DNA of 64,000 nucleotides from Kofleriaceae bacterium (GTDB lineage Bacteria; Myxococcota_A; Polyangia; Haliangiales; Haliangiaceae): NCBI GenBank assembly GCA_965215005.1, contig CBDCCZ010000049.1, positions 160,001 to 224,000 of the forward strand, read 5' to 3'. Shown piece by piece: positions 59,408 to 64,000 of this stretch (position 1 is its first letter; each line of letters starts with the position of its first letter). The notes under the pieces were generated by a model. It saw only the letters and a program-made list of their open reading frames with translations, ran no database searches and was not told where the DNA came from. The position numbers and the translations under genes were made by a program.

Positions 59408-59849
59408 TGCCGGAACGTAACGTAGGTTCCCCTCCCGCGCAAAGTAGAAAGTGGAACTTGCGGCTGGGGCAGCCTGCGAGAAATCCCTTTTCTATCAGTG
59501 AATTACCTCAACTTGGCGGCAACACGAGACGGCGCTGAGCGCGGTCGGCAGTGACCATATGCACCATGACGATGACGGTGCCGACTGTGTAGTCGGCGAC
59601 GACGTTGCCGACGCGTTCGACGACGTTGCCGACGCGTTCGATGAAGCGAATCATCCGGCCAGTTTCACCGGCGCTGGTTTCGCGGCGTTTTCCGCCGCGT
59701 GAATGTTTGGCAACGGCAGCCGGCGACCAAAGGCGCGCCGCCCTTTGCCCCGGCGTGTCTTGCCCCAGCCGCAGCTTTTTTCGCGGTACAATGGGTATTC
59801 GGACGCACGACCTCTTTTGGGGGAGTCCCGCAGATAGCTGCGCCTAACG

Positions 59850-60776
59850 ATGCCCAAGAAGCGAAAGCTTTCCCGCGCCGAAACCCTGCGCGTGCCGTCG
59901 ATCGAAGCGCCAAGGGAAGCCGCGCGCCGCATCGGAGCGCTGCTGGTGGTGCAAGGCGCCGACGCCGATCTCGGCCGGCAAGTCGTGTGCAACCAGCCGG
60001 TGACCATCGGCCGCGACGATGAAGCCGAGCTAGCGCTTTGCGACGGCTCGATTTCGCGCCGGCACTGCCGCGTCGAGCGCGACGAAGAAACTGGCTATTA
60101 CATGCTCGTCGACCTCGGCTCCACCAACGGCACCTCGGTCAACGAGCATCGCGTCGAGGGCCGCTATCCGCTCACCACCGGCGACAAGATCTTCCTAGGC
60201 GCCTCGGTGCTGCGCTTCACCCTCTCCGACCCCGTGGATCTCGAGTACGAATCGCGCGTCACCGAGCTGGTCACGACGGATCCGCTCACCGGTCTCGGCA
60301 GCCGACGCCACTATGACGTCACCTTTCCCGCGTTGGCCGATCGCGCCGCCGAGGAGCACGCCGAGCTAGCGATGCTGGTGATGGATCTCGACGGCATCAA
60401 GAGCATCAACGATCGCTTCGGTCACGAGATGGGTGGCTTTGCCATCTGCGAGGCGGCGGGCCTGGTTCACGACGTGCTCGCCGCCGAGGAAGGCACCGTC
60501 TGCCGCTTTGGTGGCGACGAGTTCGTCGCGTTCTTCTTTGGCGTATCGCGGCGTCGCGCCTGTCGTCTGGCCGAAGCAGTGCGGGATCGAATCGCCAATC
60601 ACGTCTTCGAGCGCGAGGGCGTGCGAGTCGAGCCGACGATCTCCATCGGCGTGGCCGCGTATCCCGAAGACGTCGATGATCCGCGCGAGCTGTTTGCGGT
60701 TGCCGACGAGGCTCTCTATCGCGCCAAGCGCGCCGGCCGTAATCGCGTCGCTACGCCGGCCAGCACGCTCTATTGA
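59850..60776 (+). CDS. FHA domain diguanylate cyclase
   Basis: IGR...SRRH...DLGSTNGT FHA; DPLTGL, NDRFGH, RFGGDEF. Confidence 0.95.
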   Translation: MPKKRKLSRAETLRVPSIEAPREAARRIGALLVVQGADADLGRQVVCNQPVTIGRDDEAELALCDGSISRRHCRVERDEETGYYMLVDLGSTNGTSVNEHRVEGRYPLTTGDKIFLGASVLRFTLSDPVDLEYESRVTELVTTDPLTGLGSRRHYDVTFPALADRAAEEHAELAMLVMDLDGIKSINDRFGHEMGGFAICEAAGLVHDVLAAEEGTVCRFGGDEFVAFFFGVSRRRACRLAEAVRDRIANHVFEREGVRVEPTISIGVAAYPEDVDDPRELFAVADEALYRAKRAGRNRVATPASTLY

Positions 60777-60796
60777 GCCGCTGGCCGGGCTCGCGT

Positions 60797-62122
60797 CTAA
60801 TCGAGCTCTTCGCTGGGATCGACGGGGCGAAAGACAATGCCGCTGGCGATCTTGGGATAAAAGAACGTCGACTTTTGCGGCATCACCTCGCCGGCGTCTG
60901 CCACTGCCTTGACCTGCTCGACCGGGGTCGGCTGCATCACGAAGCAGACCTGTCCTTCGCCAGCGGCGGTGCGGCGGAAGGCATCGCCGGTGTCCTTGAC
61001 GTACTTGATATGGGTTTGCGCCGCCTGCGCTTCGGCGTCGATGCCGAGCAAGCGATCGATGACCAACGTGTGGAGAATGGTCACGTCGAGCCGGGTGAGC
61101 GCCCCCCCGCCAGTGACGCCTAGGCTCGCCAAATCGAGATTTGCACGCAAGCGAAACAGCATCGCGTCATCGCGCTCGGGAAAGATGGCAGCAAAGCTGG
61201 TGTGCGTGGTGGAAGCCGCCGCAATCTCCCGACGCACAAGCTCGGGATCACGGGCGCCGCCGGCGATGGCGGTGACGTCGAAGAGCTCGTCGGCGCGCTT
61301 GAGCAGCTCCTCGGGTGAGAATGCGTTCAGGCCGTGCAGCAAACGATGCGTCGGCAACACCACCAGGCCCGAGTCGTTCATGTTGCAGAGAAACAACGTG
61401 CCGAAATGCGCCGACGAGCGCGGCGCCAGCGAGCCAGCAGCGGCGGCCAGCTCGTCACGCCACGCCAACATGGTCTCGTAGCGATGATGGCCATCGGCGA
61501 TGTAGATCGTCGCCTGCGCCAGCACCTTCTGATACGCGCCGATGATCTCCCGGTCGGTCACCCGCCATACTCGATGCCGCGTGCCGTCGTCGGTGACGCC
61601 GTCCAAAAAGGGCGCCGCGGCTTCGGCGTCGGCGAAGATGCGATCGCTCTCGCCGGCGGGGTCGCCGTACATGCCGAAGACCTGCGAGGTGTGCGCTCGC
61701 GTGGCGCGCATGAGCTCGAGACGGTCGATCTTGGGGCCCTTGAGGGTGCGCTCGTGCGGCAAGATCACGCGCTCATCGAACCGGTGCAGCTTGACTGCCG
61801 CGATGGTTCCACGACGGGTGACGGTTTGACCGAGGTCGGCGTGCTCGAAGATTTGATGATAGCGATACAGCGCCGGGCGCTGATCTCGCTGTAGCACCCC
61901 GCGCTCGAGCCAGTTTTTCAGCTTTGTTGCGGCGTCCTGATACTTGTCCGCGGCATTGCCGGCCTCGGGCAAGATCACGTGCACGCAGTTGTGCTCGCTC
62001 TTGGCTGCGAGCGCCGCGCGTCCCGCATCGTCGATGACGTCGTAGGGAGGCGCCAGCACCGCTTCGGGAGCTACCGCGTCGGGGTCGTAAACGATTCCGC
62101 GAAAGGGAAGTACCTCGGCCAT
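60797..62122 (-). CDS. DUF1015 family protein
   Basis: PPYDVI, PHERT, IADGHHRYET, MPQKSTFFYPK. Confidence 0.95.
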   Translation of the reverse strand: MAEVLPFRGIVYDPDAVAPEAVLAPPYDVIDDAGRAALAAKSEHNCVHVILPEAGNAADKYQDAATKLKNWLERGVLQRDQRPALYRYHQIFEHADLGQTVTRRGTIAAVKLHRFDERVILPHERTLKGPKIDRLELMRATRAHTSQVFGMYGDPAGESDRIFADAEAAAPFLDGVTDDGTRHRVWRVTDREIIGAYQKVLAQATIYIADGHHRYETMLAWRDELAAAAGSLAPRSSAHFGTLFLCNMNDSGLVVLPTHRLLHGLNAFSPEELLKRADELFDVTAIAGGARDPELVRREIAAASTTHTSFAAIFPERDDAMLFRLRANLDLASLGVTGGGALTRLDVTILHTLVIDRLLGIDAEAQAAQTHIKYVKDTGDAFRRTAAGEGQVCFVMQPTPVEQVKAVADAGEVMPQKSTFFYPKIASGIVFRPVDPSEELD

Positions 62123-62188
62123 GGCGCGCAGGGTAATACAGCGGCGCGCAGGGGAACACAGCGGCGCGCCGCCGAAACGCCTTCGGTA

Positions 62189-62812
62189 CTAGCGACGCAA
62201 CGTAGTTGCTAAGGCGCTGCTCACGTCGACGGGACCGCTGCGCAACAGCGTCCAGTGGCCATCGCGCTCGAGCGCGACCACGGTGGAGGCAACGAGGTCC
62301 GTTGCCGGTCCGGCATCGAGGTACACCGCGACGCGGTCGCCGAAGTAGTTGCGCGCCTGCGCGATGGTGAGCGCCGGGTCGGCACCGGAGGGATTGGCGC
62401 TGGTAGCGGTGATCGGTGCACCAACGGCCGCGGCGAGCCGCACCGGCCAAGGATGACTCGACACCCGCACGCCGACGCCGCCGCCGGGGCCGATCAACAT
62501 CGCGGGCAGCGCTGGCGCGGCAGGCACCACGAGCGTGAGCGGGCCCGGCCAAAACTGTGCGGCCAACGCCGCGGCCGCGTCGGGCCACACGCTGGCCACA
62601 GACGCGGCTTGCGCAACGTCGGCAGCAATCAGGGCAAACGGCGCGCGAGCGTCGCGTCCTTTGAGCGCTGCGAGTGCCGCGAGCGCCGCCGGCGAGCGGA
62701 TGTCGGCGGCGAGCCCGTAGGTGGTCTCGGTGGGGATACAGACCAAGGCGCCGCCTGCGAGCGCATCCCGCGCCGCGCCGAGCTGCGCCTCAACCGACAC
62801 CACGTCCGTCAT
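62189..62812 (-). CDS. tsaC: L-threonylcarbamoyladenylate synthase (YrdC/Sua5)
   Basis: [29 protein letters not shown]. Confidence 0.95.
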   Translation of the reverse strand: MTDVVSVEAQLGAARDALAGGALVCIPTETTYGLAADIRSPAALAALAALKGRDARAPFALIAADVAQAASVASVWPDAAAALAAQFWPGPLTLVVPAAPALPAMLIGPGGGVGVRVSSHPWPVRLAAAVGAPITATSANPSGADPALTIAQARNYFGDRVAVYLDAGPATDLVASTVVALERDGHWTLLRSGPVDVSSALATTLRR

Positions 62813-64000
62813 CGGGTTTTGTCTCGGGCGCCGATATCGCGCCGCAGCTGCATGCCATCGAAGTGAATCGCGGCGACCGCGGCATAGGCGCGCTCGCGCG
62901 CCGCTTGCGTATCGTCACCAAGCGCGGTCACGCCGAGCACGCGCCCGCCAGCGGTCATCAGCCCTTGTGGGGTGGTCGCGGTGCCGGCGTGGAATACCAC
63001 CGCGCCTTCCCGTTCCGCGGCCTCGATGCCGCTGATGACCACGCCGGTCTCGGCGCTCGCTGGATAGCCGCGCGAGGCGAGGATGACGCAGACAGCGGCG
63101 CGCTCATCCCACGCCAGCGGCTCCGCCGGCAGCTGGCCGCACGCAGCACCATGGAGCCAACGGCCGAGATCGCTGGTAAGCCGCGCCATCACCGGCTGGG
63201 TCTCAGGGTCGCCGAAGCGACAGTTGTACTCGAGCAACCACGGCGTGCCGTCGCCATCGATCATCAAGCCGGCATACAGGACGCCGCGATAGTCGATGCC
63301 TTCGGCGCGCAAGCCACGCAGCGTCGGCGTAAAAATTTCGACACACGCTCGATCGATCAACGCCTGGCTCGCCCACGGCGTTGGCGACACCGTACCCATG
63401 CCGCCGGTGTTGGGGCCAACGTCGCCCTCGCCTATCGCCTTGTGATCCTCGGCCGGCGCTAGCAGCGCAAATCGCTCGCCGTCGGTGAGTGCCATCAGCG
63501 ACAGCTCGAAGCCGACGAGGCGCTTCTCGATGACGATGCGTGCCCCGGCGGGGCCGAACGCGCCGCCCTCGAGCATGTCGCGCGCCGCTGCGCGCGCCGC
63601 TGCCGCGCTGTCGCATACCACCACGCCCTTGCCGGCAGCCAAGCCATCGGCTTTCACCACCACCGCGTCGCCGAGACGCTCGATCGCCGCCTCGGCCTCG
63701 GCCATGGTCGAGCAGGCTGAAAAATCAGCTGTGCGAATGCCGTGGCGCGCAAAGAACGCCTTGGAAAAACTCTTCGACCCCTCGAGCTGAGCGCCATCGG
63801 CACCAGGGCCAAACACAGCGATACCTCGCTCTCGCAGCCGATCGGCCAGTCCATCGACCAGCGGCGCCTCAGGCCCCACCACCACCAGCTCCACCGCTTC
63901 GCGCTCGGCGAGCTCGACCACGTCGGCACTCGCGACGCAGCACGCGAGGCCGCGGATGCCGGGATTTCCGGGCACGCACACCAGCTCGTGACCGTGCTTA
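62809..64000 (-). CDS. purD: Phosphoribosylamine-glycine ligase (5' end outside the window)
   Basis: [42 protein letters not shown]; frame open to the window edge. Confidence 0.98.
   Translation of the reverse strand, partial: KHGHELVCVPGNPGIRGLACCVASADVVELAEREAVELVVVGPEAPLVDGLADRLRERGIAVFGPGADGAQLEGSKSFSKAFFARHGIRTADFSACSTMAEAEAAIERLGDAVVVKADGLAAGKGVVVCDSAAAARAAARDMLEGGAFGPAGARIVIEKRLVGFELSLMALTDGERFALLAPAEDHKAIGEGDVGPNTGGMGTVSPTPWASQALIDRACVEIFTPTLRGLRAEGIDYRGVLYAGLMIDGDGTPWLLEYNCRFGDPETQPVMARLTSDLGRWLHGAACGQLPAEPLAWDERAAVCVILASRGYPASAETGVVISGIEAAEREGAVVFHAGTATTPQGLMTAGGRVLGVTALGDDTQAARERAYAAVAAIHFDGMQLRRDIGARDKTR

Overview
This is a high-GC bacterial window, most consistent with a myxobacterium (Myxococcota, Haliangium/Kofleria-like). 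The evidence is a GltJ/AgmX-like gliding protein, Cys-rich and DAG/PDA-linker lipoproteins, an FHA-GGDEF cyclase and a REC-DUF4388 regulator; the taxonomy is inference. Housekeeping genes (carB, greA, purA, hisZ, tsaC, purD, Nif3, DUF1015, an mla/mce cluster) surround three accessory regions. (1) 5.6-13.7 kb: a 1735-aa DUF4157-like polymorphic toxin with a putative PD-(D/E)xK nuclease tip and a translationally coupled candidate immunity gene. These are followed 2180 bp downstream by a start-less orphan copy of the toxin C-terminus with its own diverged immunity gene. (2) 21.9-37.5 kb: two convergent heavy-metal RND operons (czcCBA-type and cusCBA-type). Each is preceded by a small secreted His/Cys-rich ORF with an RPP/RGPP motif, and the sequence at its stop codon can base-pair over the next gene's Shine-Dalgarno, suggesting metal-sensing ribosome-stalling leaders. 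(3) 55.1-58.9 kb: a decayed island bounded by a duplicated 3' end of a merR gene. It carries IS66, IS91 and peptidase remnants plus an intact lipoprotein made of six near-identical 77-aa FG-GAP-like repeats. No rRNA, tRNA or CRISPR array was recognised. All calls come from motif recognition by eye; no searches were run.
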